This document shows, one piece after another, positions 52,516 through 62,642 of a stretch of DNA of 62,686 nucleotides. The first letter of the stretch is position 1, and each line of letters begins with the position of its first letter. Below the pieces are notes generated by a model, which was not told the DNA's origin, searched no databases, and worked only from the letters and a program-made list of their open reading frames with translations. The translations under genes and the position numbers were made by a program. Location: positions 1 to 62,686 of the forward strand of contig CAIWMA010000182.1 in the NCBI GenBank assembly GCA_903913645.1. The letters are read 5' to 3'. The DNA comes from an uncultured Bacteroidales bacterium (GTDB lineage Bacteria > Bacteroidota > Bacteroidia > Bacteroidales > UBA4417).

Positions 52516-54411
52516 TTAACCTTTTGAATTCTCAATAATTTCTCCCAATTCCATCCAGAATAAAGTTTTTTCATCAATAATCTGAACCAGTTCATTGTAC
52601 CTGACTGACAGATTTGTAATGCTTTCTGGGGATTCATTCCCTGAATTCATATGCTTAATAATCTGGTCTTTTTCCGATTCCAGCTGGTGAATATCTTTTT
52701 CAAGTGTATCGAAATCTTTCAATTGTTTAAACGATGGTTTTGAAGAAGGTTTCTTCTCTTTGAAAGTTTGTTTTTCTTCCTTAGCCGGTTTTTCGATACG
52801 CTGAGCCAATTTCTGCTCTTTCATGCGCCACTGGTAGTAATCGGTATAATTGCCGTAAAAATCTTTGATTTTTCCCTGGCCCTCAAACACAAATACATGA
52901 TCGCAGAGTTTGTCCAGCAAAAACCGATCGTGTGATACAATGAGTACGCATCCTGCAAAGTCCTGTAAGAACTCTTCAAGTACCTGTAAGGTATAGATAT
53001 CTAAATCGTTAGTTGGTTCGTCCAGGATCAGGAAATTCGGGTTGCGGATTAATTGAAGCAGCAGATATAATCGCCTGCGTTCGCCGCCGCTAAGCGCACT
53101 GAAATAAGCCTGTTGAACCGGGTAGGAGAAATCGAAATGCTGAAGGAATTGAGAAGCTGACATACTCCCTTTTTCAAGCTTTATTTCTTCAGCAACATCT
53201 TTCACAATATCGATTACCCGTTTATCTTCCTTTAAAACCAATCCGTTTTGGGTGTAATAACTCATAACAACGGTCTGACCAATCGATATTTTGCCTTTGT
53301 CGGGAACTAACTGACCAGAAATCAAATTGAGCAAAGTAGATTTGCCGGTGCCGTTGAGTCCGACAATACCGATTTTTTCGCCACGCTTAAAAATGTAGGT
53401 AAAGTCATCAACTGCTTTAAAGTCGCCGAAATTTTTACTCAGGTTATCAATTTCAACAATTTTGCCTCCCAGGCGGTTAGCGCTTACTCCAAATTGTATG
53501 CTTTTGTCTTCTCTTTTGAATTTTGCTTTTGTTTGCAGATCATCAAAGGCAGATATCCTGGCTTTCGACTTGGTTCCCCTTGCTTTGGGCATCCGGCGAA
53601 TCCACTCTAATTCTGTCTTGTATAAATTTTTTGATTTTTCTGTCGATTGATCTTCAGAAAGTTGCCGTTCTGCCTTTTTCTCAAGGTAGTAGGTATAATT
53701 GCCTTTATAAGTTAAAATTGAATTTTGATCCATCTCCAGGATGGTGTCACAGACGTTGTCGAGAAAATACCTGTCGTGGGTTACCAGCAGCAAACTCAGC
53801 GATTCGCGCGAAAGATAATCCTCCAGCCATTCAATCATTTCGAAATCAAGATGATTGGTAGGTTCGTCCATTAACAAAAGATCAGGATTACCTAGTAAAG
53901 CGCGAGCCAGCGCAATTTTTTTTCGCTGTCCTCCCGATAATTTCCCAACTGTTTGCGACAAATCGTTTATAGCAAACTGCCCTAAAATTTCTCTTGCCCT
54001 GGTTTCATAATCCCAGGCTCCGGAAGCATCCATTTCGGACATGCTGTGGTTTAAGAGCGCATCGCTTTCAGGTCCAGGATTATGTTTAAATTCTTCAAGC
54101 GCAAACTCATAATCGTGTATTACTTTTATTAATCCGGTGCCGGTTGAAAAAATTGTATCAAGAATGGTTTTTGACTCGTCGAGTTGTGGATTTTGCTGCA
54201 GGTAATCAATTTTGAGATCTCTGCGGGATGTGATTTTGCCTGAATCGGGTGCTTCGAGTCCTGCCAGAATATGCATCAGCGAGCTTTTACCAGTGCCATT
54301 GCGGGCGATAAGCGCTACTTTCTGACCTTTGTCGAGACTGAAACTAATGTTTTTGAAAAGGATTTTTTCGCCGTAAGCTTTTGATAAATTATCAACCTGA
54401 AGATAGTTCAA
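52516..54411 (-). CDS. ABC-F family ATPase (Uup-like, C-terminal coiled coil)
   Basis: 631 aa, no TM domain. Two cassettes: ARNGTGKSS / LSGGQRKK and GLNGTGKST / LSGGERRR. Confidence 0.92.
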   Translation of the reverse strand: MNYLQVDNLSKAYGEKILFKNISFSLDKGQKVALIARNGTGKSSLMHILAGLEAPDSGKITSRRDLKIDYLQQNPQLDESKTILDTIFSTGTGLIKVIHDYEFALEEFKHNPGPESDALLNHSMSEMDASGAWDYETRAREILGQFAINDLSQTVGKLSGGQRKKIALARALLGNPDLLLMDEPTNHLDFEMIEWLEDYLSRESLSLLLVTHDRYFLDNVCDTILEMDQNSILTYKGNYTYYLEKKAERQLSEDQSTEKSKNLYKTELEWIRRMPKARGTKSKARISAFDDLQTKAKFKREDKSIQFGVSANRLGGKIVEIDNLSKNFGDFKAVDDFTYIFKRGEKIGIVGLNGTGKSTLLNLISGQLVPDKGKISIGQTVVMSYYTQNGLVLKEDKRVIDIVKDVAEEIKLEKGSMSASQFLQHFDFSYPVQQAYFSALSGGERRRLYLLLQLIRNPNFLILDEPTNDLDIYTLQVLEEFLQDFAGCVLIVSHDRFLLDKLCDHVFVFEGQGKIKDFYGNYTDYYQWRMKEQKLAQRIEKPAKEEKQTFKEKKPSSKPSFKQLKDFDTLEKDIHQLESEKDQIIKHMNSGNESPESITNLSVRYNELVQIIDEKTLFWMELGEIIENSKG

Positions 54412-54523
54412 TGATGGAAAATGTTAGTTTGGAAATCTTTTGCAAAAGTAGCAAGAAAGGCCGGATAAAGCTGAATGAAATTGGAAGGAAGGTGATTTGA
54501 TCTGATTTTTAGAAATATATAGC

Positions 54524-54551
54524 AAAAAAAAAGCTTCCTTACGGAAGCTTT
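54524..54551 (-). terminator. Intrinsic terminator after the cold-shock gene
   Basis: AAGCTTCC 54531-54538 / GGAAGCTT 54543-54550 (loop GUAA on the - strand). The plus-strand A-run 54524-54532 gives a T-run on the - strand. Confidence 0.75.
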
Positions 54552-54573
54552 AATAATAAATTTTGATGCTGGC

Positions 54574-54765
54574 TTATTGCATCTTAACATTGATTGCTTT
54601 TGGACCACGACGATCTTCAACAACCTCGAAGTTAACCAGGTCATCATCTTTAATTTTGTCGATCAGGCCGGTAACATGTACAAAAACTTCTTTTTGAGTT
54701 TCATCATCAACAATAAAGCCGAATCCTTTTTGCTGATTAAAAAATTTTACTTTTCCAGTAGACAT
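54574..54765 (-). CDS. Cold-shock domain protein (CspA family)
   Basis: 63 aa. GKVKFFNQQKGFGFI (RNP-1) and VFVHV (RNP-2). Confidence 0.95.
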   Translation of the reverse strand: MSTGKVKFFNQQKGFGFIVDDETQKEVFVHVTGLIDKIKDDDLVNFEVVEDRRGPKAINVKMQ

Positions 54766-54970
54766 TGTAATGGGTATTAGTAATTATTTAATTGATAGTT
54801 GAATACAAAAATAAGATATATTTTTATTAATTGATACCTTTTGGGAATTATTTTTTAAGTTATTGATTATTAGCAATATGAGGCCAATATATTTAGATAT
54901 CAATGCTCCTGCTATCTCCAAGAGATCAAAATAATGTAAGGTTCTACTGATTTTACTAACTATTTTCAAC

Positions 54971-55216
54971 TCATTTTCCCATAAGCCATTCTGCTGTTTT
55001 TTTTGCTTCTTCGGCTGAATTTCCGCAAAATTCAATGTCTGGTTTGAATCCTGAACATACATCAGGACGTGAAGGATCATTGAAAATACCGCATGTAAAG
55101 TCATCCAATAATTGTATACATCTTACACCTGCCGGTTTACCTGATGGCATTCCGGGTATTGGCGAACTGATTGATATGTAGATGCAGCAGACGCCACATC
55201 CGGGCCGACATTCCAT
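54971..55216 (-). CDS. YkgJ-like cysteine-cluster protein
   Basis: 81 aa. CRPGCGVCCI...C...C...C pattern. Confidence 0.55.
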   Translation of the reverse strand: MECRPGCGVCCIYISISSPIPGMPSGKPAGVRCIQLLDDFTCGIFNDPSRPDVCSGFKPDIEFCGNSAEEAKKTAEWLMGK

Positions 55217-55219
55217 TCA

Positions 55220-55248
55220 GGGATTGGGGGTTAGGTTTTAGGTTTTAG
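55220..55248. repeat. Heptad microrepeat arm (GGGATTG GGGGTTA GGTTTTA GGTTTTA)
   Basis: It begins 4 nt upstream of the YkgJ-like start codon. Its complement CTAAAACC... resembles the arm at 55342-55397 (CCTAAAATCC). Confidence 0.75.
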
Positions 55249-55341
55249 AAAAGAGAATATTAGAAGTGTGATTTCTAGTTAGTGGTTTCGACTTTAAAAG
55301 CCAAAGGCTAATGAAAAATCATCTCAACAATAAGTATCAGA

Positions 55342-55397
55342 CAATCCTAAAATCCTTTCAACCTTTAACTAATCAACTATTTTCCTTTTACAATCAC
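55342..55397. repeat. Heptad microrepeat arm (CAATCCT AAAATCC TTTCAAC CTTTAAC TAATCAA CTATTTT CCTTTTA CAATCAC)
   Basis: 7-nt phasing read by eye. It runs into the pckA stop codon (55394-55396). Confidence 0.7.
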
Positions 55398-57016
55398 ACC
55401 TGCGGCCCGGCAGCAACAAGTCGTTTCCCTTCATCGTTATCAGTATATTTAGCGAAATTATCGATGAAACGCTTAGCAAGATCATTCGCTTTTTCGTCCC
55501 ATACAGATTTCTGCTCATATGTATCACGCGGATCAAGAACAGCAGGATTAACGCCATGCAATTCGGTCGGGACTTCGAGATTAAAGAAAGGAATCATTTT
55601 AGTAGGAGCATGATCAATAGAGCCATCAAGGATAGCGTCAATAATTCCGCGTGTATCCTTAATAGAAATTCGTTTTCCGCTTCCATTCCATCCGGTATTA
55701 ACCAGGTAGGCTTTTGCACCGCAATTTTCCATACGCTTTACCAGTTCGACAGCATATTGTGTTGGGTGCAGTGTTAAAAACGCATTGCCAAAACATGCTG
55801 AGAAAGTGGGTTGTGGGGAAGTAACACCTCTTTCGGTTCCTGCTAATTTTGCTGTAAATCCTGAAAGAAAATGATATTTTGTCTGTTCTTCAGTAAGCTT
55901 CGATACTGGAGGTAAAACGCCAAAAGCATCGGCAGTAAGGAATATCACTTTACTTGCATGCCTGCCTTTTGAAACAGGTTTTACAATGTTTTCAATATGG
56001 TAAATAGGGTAGGAGACACGGGTGTTTTCGGTTTTGGAACCATCCGAGAAATCAATAGAGCCATCATCGTGAACTGTAACATTTTCAAGTAATGCATCAC
56101 GACGAATGGCATGAAAAATATCAGGCTCATTTTCTTCACTCAGGTTAATGCATTTAGCATAGCAGCCACCTTCAAAATTGAAAACGCCTGCATCGTCCCA
56201 ACCATGTTCATCATCACCAATGAGTGCACGTTTCGGATCGGCAGAAAGAGTGGTTTTTCCGGTACCCGAAAGTCCGAAGAAAATAGCTACATCACCGTCT
56301 TTACTCATGTTAGCTGAACAATGCATGGATGCAATTCCACGTAAAGGCAGGTAGTAATTCATCATTGAGAAAATGCCCTTTTTCATTTCACCTCCATACC
56401 ATGAACCACCAATGAGAGACATTCGTTCGGTAAGGTTAAACACTACAAAGTTTTCCGAATTCAGACCTTGCTCTTTCCAATCAGGATTGGTAGTTTTTGA
56501 CGCATTTTGCACGACAAAGTCGGGTTTGAAATTCTCCAGTTCCGCATCTGATGGACGGATGAACATGTTTTTTACAAAATGAGCCTGCCATGCAACTTCT
56601 ACAATAAAGCGTACTTTAAGTCGTGTATCCGGGTTGGCACCGCAATAGGCATCCATCACATATAATTTTTTACCCGACAATTCTTTATGGGCAACAGCTT
56701 TAAGGTGATTCCATACGTCAGTTGAAACCGGCTTATTATCATTTTTGCCTATTGTCGACCACCAGACAGTATTTTCCGAAACCGAATCCAGAACTATGTA
56801 TTTGTCTTTTGGCGAACGGCCGGTGAATATTCCGGTATCAACATTTACAGCTCCAAGATTTGATAATTTACCACGTTCGTAACCTTCGAGTGCGGGATCC
56901 ATTTCATGTTGAAAAAGGTCATCGTACGACAGGTTGTAATAGACCTGTTCAACTCCATTTATACCATATTGTTCAAGATTGATACTGATACCAGGTCTGT
57001 TTACTGCAATAGCCAT
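55394..57016 (-). CDS. pckA: Phosphoenolpyruvate carboxykinase (ATP)
   Basis: 540 aa. [15 protein letters not shown] kinase-1a, [14 protein letters not shown] motifs. Confidence 0.97.
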   Translation of the reverse strand: MAIAVNRPGISINLEQYGINGVEQVYYNLSYDDLFQHEMDPALEGYERGKLSNLGAVNVDTGIFTGRSPKDKYIVLDSVSENTVWWSTIGKNDNKPVSTDVWNHLKAVAHKELSGKKLYVMDAYCGANPDTRLKVRFIVEVAWQAHFVKNMFIRPSDAELENFKPDFVVQNASKTTNPDWKEQGLNSENFVVFNLTERMSLIGGSWYGGEMKKGIFSMMNYYLPLRGIASMHCSANMSKDGDVAIFFGLSGTGKTTLSADPKRALIGDDEHGWDDAGVFNFEGGCYAKCINLSEENEPDIFHAIRRDALLENVTVHDDGSIDFSDGSKTENTRVSYPIYHIENIVKPVSKGRHASKVIFLTADAFGVLPPVSKLTEEQTKYHFLSGFTAKLAGTERGVTSPQPTFSACFGNAFLTLHPTQYAVELVKRMENCGAKAYLVNTGWNGSGKRISIKDTRGIIDAILDGSIDHAPTKMIPFFNLEVPTELHGVNPAVLDPRDTYEQKSVWDEKANDLAKRFIDNFAKYTDNDEGKRLVAAGPQV

Positions 57017-57127
57017 GAGTTTGCTGAGTTTAAATTGGACGGTTTTTGGTTTGGTTTACTTATAGAAGAACGCTGGAATAAAATTAAATTCATTTTTCTA
57101 TATCAATAGATATAGCAGCAAATATAT

Positions 57128-57161
57128 AAAAAAAGGCAGTAAATAAAATTCTGCCTTTTTA
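57128..57161. terminator. Bidirectional-type terminator downstream of fabF
   Basis: An A-run, then AGGCAG 57134-57139 / CTGCCT 57151-57156, then a T-run. Confidence 0.65.
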
Positions 57162-57251
57162 ATTATAAAAATGTTGTAAATTACTGAAGTAAATTTTCAA
57201 TTTTAACCCTTGACTGTAGTAAAATATAGTATTCCAGTTGAAATTAAAGTT

Positions 57252-58490
57252 TCAGCCTTTTGTAAAAACCAGCACTCCATTTTGCCCGCCAAAACCAAAA
57301 GAGTTAGAAATTGCTGCTCCGATTTTAACAGCGCGGGCAATATTGGGAATTACATCAAGGTCGCATTCCGGATCTTTAAATTCATAGTTAATAGTAGGCG
57401 GTAATATTCCATAGTGAACTGCCAGAACTGATGCAGCTGCTTCAATAGCGCCGGCTGCTCCGAGTGTATGGCCGATCATTGATTTAATTGAACCAACCGG
57501 AATATTTAGATCTCCAAAGGCCTTTTTAATAGCCAGGGTTTCAGTTTTATCATTAACTTTAGTCGAAGTTCCGTGAGCATTGATATATCCAATATCTTCA
57601 GGTTTAAGCCCGGCATCCTTCACAGCAAGTTGCATGGCTTTAGCAGCAAAAGTGCCATCAGGTTCAGGAGCGGCAATTCCATAAGCATCCGAAGTCATTC
57701 CGAATCCGCTTAGAAAAGCTAAGGGTTTTGCTTTTCTTTTTTCGGCATGTTCCAACGTTTCCAGAACCAAAACACAAGCTCCTTCGCCCATTACAAATCC
57801 ATCACGATTTAGATCAAAGGGCCGACTTGCACTTTCGGGTTTGTCATTAAATGATGATGAAAGAACGCCCATACTTGCGTAAGCATCCAGAACCATTGGT
57901 GTCATAGTGGATTCGGTGCCGCCAGCCAGGATCACATCAGCCATTCCACCGCGAAGAAGGCCGAGTGCGATTCCAATTGAATGTGTTCCGGTAGTGCAGG
58001 CAGCGGAAACTCCAAGGTTTGGACCATGAATTCCCAATACCATCGCAGCATTACAAGCAGCCATATTGGCTATAACCCTTGGCACTGTTAAAGGATTTAC
58101 CGAACCCGGCCCCATTTTCAGAAAACGGGTTTGCTGTTCTTCGAGGTGTGTCATATCACCGGCGGCCGATCCTATAACGCAACCTATTCTGTCCTTGTCT
58201 TCATTATCCAGATCCAATCCGGCATCCTTAACAGCCTCAATAGCAGCGCTTGAAGCCAGCTGGGAAAACCGTGCCATTTTTCGTGTTTCCTTACGATCAA
58301 AATAGTTTTCAGGGTTATAATTCAAAACTTCGGAACCAACCTGGCTTTTATGCCCGAGAGGATCGAAAGCCTGTATCCGCTTAATACCCGATTTCCCTGC
58401 AATCAATGAATTCCAGAATTCATCACGATTACATCCTATGGAAGTAAATACTCCAATACCAGTAACTACAACTGCTTTATTTTTATCCAT
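57252..58490 (-). CDS. fabF: Beta-ketoacyl-ACP synthase II
   Basis: 412 aa. Active-site contexts SAACTTG (Cys), NAHGTST (His), GHTLGAAG (His). Confidence 0.92.
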   Translation of the reverse strand: MDKNKAVVVTGIGVFTSIGCNRDEFWNSLIAGKSGIKRIQAFDPLGHKSQVGSEVLNYNPENYFDRKETRKMARFSQLASSAAIEAVKDAGLDLDNEDKDRIGCVIGSAAGDMTHLEEQQTRFLKMGPGSVNPLTVPRVIANMAACNAAMVLGIHGPNLGVSAACTTGTHSIGIALGLLRGGMADVILAGGTESTMTPMVLDAYASMGVLSSSFNDKPESASRPFDLNRDGFVMGEGACVLVLETLEHAEKRKAKPLAFLSGFGMTSDAYGIAAPEPDGTFAAKAMQLAVKDAGLKPEDIGYINAHGTSTKVNDKTETLAIKKAFGDLNIPVGSIKSMIGHTLGAAGAIEAAASVLAVHYGILPPTINYEFKDPECDLDVIPNIARAVKIGAAISNSFGFGGQNGVLVFTKG

Positions 58491-58666
58491 AATGGCTATG
58501 GGGTCTTAATGAAATAATGTAAACTTCAGGGTTAAAAGTACTAAAGTTGGGCCAACTGACAAAGCATGGTAAATCTGATTTCAAAAATCAAAGTTGAATG
58601 AGCTTCAGTCAAAACATGAGAATATTACAAAAAAAAATGAACGATCCGATCAGGAAATAAGTTTTC

Positions 58667-60025
58667 CTACTTTCTTTTCTTATCCTGGCCCTTAAATGTT
58701 TTATCGCCTTTGGTCTTAGGTTTTTTATATTTTAAGGCAAGTTCCCTTTTGTATGATCCGCCTTTGTTGGTTTTTTTATTTTTATCCTTCTTTTCGTGAA
58801 AGCCTGGTGCAAGAACGACTTTCTTCTCATTCCGGAAAGGATTTTTTGTATCGCCGGCTAATGCCCGTTCCTCGGGTGTCTTCTGGTTCGAAAAAGCAAC
58901 TTCATCCGGAAAATCGACCAATGGAATAGCGTACGACATTAAGGTTTCTATAAGGTCTTTAGCTTCTTCCTCTTTTTCAGTATAAAATAAAATCGATTTC
59001 CCTGTCTGGTCAGCTCTTCCTGTTCTGCCGATCCGGTGAATGTAGTTTTCAGGAAATTGCGGTGTATCAAAATTAATAACGTGGCTAATTTTATCCAGGT
59101 CAAGTCCGCGGGCCATAATATCGGTTGTAACCAATATCCTGTTTTTGCCGCTATCGAATTCTTCAATGGATTTGAACCTGTAATTCTGGGTTTTGTTTGA
59201 GTGTATGATCCCGGTTTCGGATGCATGTTTTTCCTGTAAAGCTGCAAATACCCTGTCGGCATTGTTTTTATTGGAAACAAAAACGAGTACTTTGCCAAAC
59301 TCTTTCCTGTCGGCAACAAGGTGTGAAAGCAGGTTTACCTTGGTATAAAAGTTAGGAACTTCGTAACACTGCTGTGAGATATTATCCAACGGAGTTCCGC
59401 TCAAAGCAATGGATATTTTTGCTGGAGTAACAAAATCATCGTCGATCAGAGCAGCTACTTCATCGGTCATGGTTGCCGAGAACATAATATTTTGTCGGCG
59501 GGCCGGCAGAAGTTCGAAGATATTCGTGAGTTGAAACCTGAATCCAAGGTCGAGCATTACATCCACTTCGTCAATCACCAATTTGTTGATACCTTTAAGT
59601 ACTAAGGCCCCGCACATGGCAAGATCGTACAAGCGACCGGGTGTTGCTACCAAAATGTCGATTCCTTGGGCTACACGTTGTTTTTGGGTATTGATATTAA
59701 CACCACCATACACGCCCAGCACCCTGAAATTGGTATATTTAGCAAAACTTTGAGCCATTTCAACCACCTGTATTACCAATTCGCGGGTAGGAACCAATAC
59801 CAGAACTCTTGGATTGAGTTGTTTCGAAAATTTTAAATCCTGTAAGATCGGCAGCATATATGCCAGGGTTTTCCCTGTGCCTGTTTGTGCAATCCCAACT
59901 ACGTCTTTGCCTGAAAGAATGACAGGGAAAGCTTCTGCCTGAATGGGGGTTGGAGTCTCGAATCCCAGTTCGGCAACTGCATTTTGCAAAAGCGTCGACA
60001 GGTTTAAATTTTTAAAAGTATTCAT
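58667..60025 (-). CDS. DEAD-box ATP-dependent RNA helicase with basic C-terminal tail
   Basis: 452 aa. Q motif, AQTGTGKT, DEVD, SAT, HRIGRTGRA. K-rich tail. Confidence 0.92.
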   Translation of the reverse strand: MNTFKNLNLSTLLQNAVAELGFETPTPIQAEAFPVILSGKDVVGIAQTGTGKTLAYMLPILQDLKFSKQLNPRVLVLVPTRELVIQVVEMAQSFAKYTNFRVLGVYGGVNINTQKQRVAQGIDILVATPGRLYDLAMCGALVLKGINKLVIDEVDVMLDLGFRFQLTNIFELLPARRQNIMFSATMTDEVAALIDDDFVTPAKISIALSGTPLDNISQQCYEVPNFYTKVNLLSHLVADRKEFGKVLVFVSNKNNADRVFAALQEKHASETGIIHSNKTQNYRFKSIEEFDSGKNRILVTTDIMARGLDLDKISHVINFDTPQFPENYIHRIGRTGRADQTGKSILFYTEKEEEAKDLIETLMSYAIPLVDFPDEVAFSNQKTPEERALAGDTKNPFRNEKKVVLAPGFHEKKDKNKKTNKGGSYKRELALKYKKPKTKGDKTFKGQDKKRK

Positions 60026-60028
60026 TCA

Positions 60029-60077
60029 GGGGATGGAAAATGGTGATTAGAAAATGGGAAATGGTTATTTGGTAATT
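60029..60077. repeat. Heptad microrepeat arm (GGATGGA AAATGGT GATTAGA AAATGGG AAATGGT TATTTGG TAATTG)
   Basis: It begins 4 nt upstream of the helicase start codon. ATGGAAAAT is complementary to ATTTTCCAT in the arm at 60137-60172. Confidence 0.75.
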
Positions 60078-60136
60078 GTTGTTAGAAGAAGGTTAACCAG
60101 ATATTGTTGATAGTTTTCCAATTCTCGTTAAGAGAA

Positions 60137-60172
60137 CTATTTTCTATTTTCCATTAACTTTTAACTTTTAAC
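60137..60172. repeat. Heptad microrepeat arm (CTATTTT CTATTTT CCATTAA CTTTTAA CTTTTAA)
   Basis: 7-nt phasing. Partly an inverted complement of 60029-60077. Confidence 0.75.
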
Positions 60173-60266
60173 AGTGGCGCAAAGGTACTGCTTTCCCGCC
60201 ACGTAAACACTATAACGTTCATATTAACATTAACTTATCAAGTATAAAAGGAAACGAGATTGTTAG

Positions 60267-60962
60267 TTAACCTATGTTTGCGACTAACTTCTCTTTCAGT
60301 AAATTGAGTTTATCAAACCTGAATTTCTTTTGAGCATCACTAAGTATCCAAAAGATTACACCACTAATTAAAGCAGCAAAGAAGCACCATACTGAGGTTA
60401 AATATTGCGTAAAAAATATAGCTGTAACCAGGCAAGAGAAAAACATCAGAATACCCATCATATGCGTTCGTTCGATACTTGAAACAAAAAGTGGCGTTAG
60501 CGTGGCAATGAGATAGAGAATAAAAACCGGGATAGCTATCAGTTTAGGAAAATCGGAATTATACATGATATGATAACCCATAATTTGAGGTGTAACATTC
60601 AAAAATAATAAACAGCAAGTATAGTAGACTGAAACTGATAAACCGGTAATAAACAGAATCCTGATAATTTTTCTTTTGCGGTCATTGTTTTCCATCATGA
60701 GTATTGCCAAAGGAATTAAGGCTGGCCATAGTACATCAGCCATAACTAAAAATATATAGGTCGCAATTTTCTGTATGGCGGCGTACTCCGGATTCGGAAT
60801 GGTTAACCATAAAACGCCTTCGGTGAACTGCTGTAGCCCGAAAAACAGGGGGATACTTGCAAATAAAAGCTGGGACGGTTTATGAACTTTCGTTACCACT
60901 GCTACACCGATAGCAGTAATTATAACACCTCCTGCGAAACTGGCTGTTGCTGAAAAACACAT
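60267..60962 (-). CDS. Hypothetical polytopic membrane protein
   Basis: 231 aa, about 7 TM helices. No family firmly recognised. Confidence 0.5.
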   Translation of the reverse strand: MCFSATASFAGGVIITAIGVAVVTKVHKPSQLLFASIPLFFGLQQFTEGVLWLTIPNPEYAAIQKIATYIFLVMADVLWPALIPLAILMMENNDRKRKIIRILFITGLSVSVYYTCCLLFLNVTPQIMGYHIMYNSDFPKLIAIPVFILYLIATLTPLFVSSIERTHMMGILMFFSCLVTAIFFTQYLTSVWCFFAALISGVIFWILSDAQKKFRFDKLNLLKEKLVANIG

Positions 60963-61280
60963 AACTTATAAATCTTAGTTGTAAATTACAAAGTAACTTT
61001 AATATCGAAAATTTCCAGTATAAAGATAATTGTGCTGGAAGGTACAACCTTTAAACGGATATTTGCTTTATATCATCTTATAAAATCCTGTCAGAATCTG
61101 CATATTCAGCATTTAATGACAAAAACAAGTTTCCGTCATTTTTAAAAAGTTCTGTTTGTCAGGTCACAAAAAACTCTTGTAAAATTTTAAAAATCAGTTC
61201 AATATAAAAACAATATATATTAAAATATTCAAACCTGATTTTTCTTTAGAAATAGCTTTTTGTATCTTTCTGCCTATACG

Positions 61281-62642
61281 TTATTTCCACAGGATATTAA
61301 GTTGCCCTGAAGCTTTCAGGTAATTTAACCAATTATTCCATAACTGCTTTTTATTTATCTCATATTCAGCTTTAAGACTTTGAAGGTCAGCTTCATCGAG
61401 GTTGAGTGTTGAAGCGGATTCCTGCCCCTCTGTTACACGAGCCAGGGTTATGTCAATCGATTCTATACTGAGCGCAATGTTTTCTTCCTGTGTCTTTAAT
61501 TGCAACAATACTCGTTCCATCTTTAATTTTGAAGTGTATGCATCCTTGGTGTAAAGAGCTGACTTATCTTCCTTTTGTTGATTATACTGGGTAGACTGTA
61601 ACTGGAGTACCTGTGAATTTTTCTGAACACTTTCACCAAAAAATATAGGGTACTTTAAATCAATACCAACATAACTAAGGCCAAACCATGTATTAGCTTC
61701 TGTTGGATTAAAATTATTTGTGTATTGATTGGCTCCAATATATCCTTTCAAGCTTAACGATGGCATGTGTTTCGCCTTTTCTGAGTTAACCTTTATTTCT
61801 GCAAGTTGCGCCTGTAACTCCAATTGCTTCAATTCCGGAATAGCTTCAGGATCAGGGATCAGGCCTGAAGCACTTAACTTGTATTGTTTAATAAAGCTGG
61901 TGTCTATTTCAAAATCTGATTTTTCTATATCGGTCTCACCCGTTAAAAACAGCAAATACACTTTATCTTCAATTAATTCGGATAGTGCATCCATTAAAAG
62001 CTGCACTGCATTATTATGATTGATCCGCGACTTATTCAGATCAGACTTCAACAAACGTTTTTCAACAAATTTATTATTGAGTAATTTGTAGCTGATATAG
62101 GTTCTGTTAGTATCGGCAATAGCCGATTTTATTTTTGATTCCTGCAAGCTTATTTCGATATACGTTTGAGCAATTGTAAAAGCAAGTTCATATTCTGTTT
62201 GCTCCTGCGAAGCCGATGTAATCCGTTCCTGCAATCTGGCTTCATCAATGCGCCTTGGTATGGATAAATCAATCAATGGCTGTATAACTGTTGCTCCGGC
62301 CGTTTGCGACCATGTAGTTCCAAATTGCAGACTCATTGTGGCATCGGCAGGATAAGATGAATTAAATATACCGATAGGCAAAATAGAAGTCTGTAATATG
62401 GGATTGTACAGGTAAGTATATTCCAATGAAACCTGAGGCCAGTATTTCTTAAATAACGCTTCAGTCTGAAGCCTTTGGATTTGCAGGTCGGATTTGCCGG
62501 CTTGAATATTTTTTCGATTCGAAAATCCATTGTTGATTGCCTGGTGTAAAGTCAAAACATTTTGGCTTTGGGAAGTAACAGACCATAGCATTAATATTGC
62601 TAAGACGATAACTGAGCTTCCTTTTTTTATAAAGCAACTCAT
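61281..62642 (-). CDS. TolC-family outer-membrane efflux protein
   Basis: 453 aa. Signal peptide. Two-repeat coiled-coil/beta pattern of OEP-family proteins (LTLHQAINNGFSNR...). Confidence 0.8.
   Translation of the reverse strand: MSCFIKKGSSVIVLAILMLWSVTSQSQNVLTLHQAINNGFSNRKNIQAGKSDLQIQRLQTEALFKKYWPQVSLEYTYLYNPILQTSILPIGIFNSSYPADATMSLQFGTTWSQTAGATVIQPLIDLSIPRRIDEARLQERITSASQEQTEYELAFTIAQTYIEISLQESKIKSAIADTNRTYISYKLLNNKFVEKRLLKSDLNKSRINHNNAVQLLMDALSELIEDKVYLLFLTGETDIEKSDFEIDTSFIKQYKLSASGLIPDPEAIPELKQLELQAQLAEIKVNSEKAKHMPSLSLKGYIGANQYTNNFNPTEANTWFGLSYVGIDLKYPIFFGESVQKNSQVLQLQSTQYNQQKEDKSALYTKDAYTSKLKMERVLLQLKTQEENIALSIESIDITLARVTEGQESASTLNLDEADLQSLKAEYEINKKQLWNNWLNYLKASGQLNILWK

Noticed and set aside
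57252-58490. Stand-alone fabF as part of a hidden lipid or polyketide cluster
   Set aside because: The flanking genes (pckA, DEAD-box helicase) are unrelated housekeeping genes, and a terminator follows fabF. No acpP, fabG or other partner genes are nearby, so I see no cluster context.
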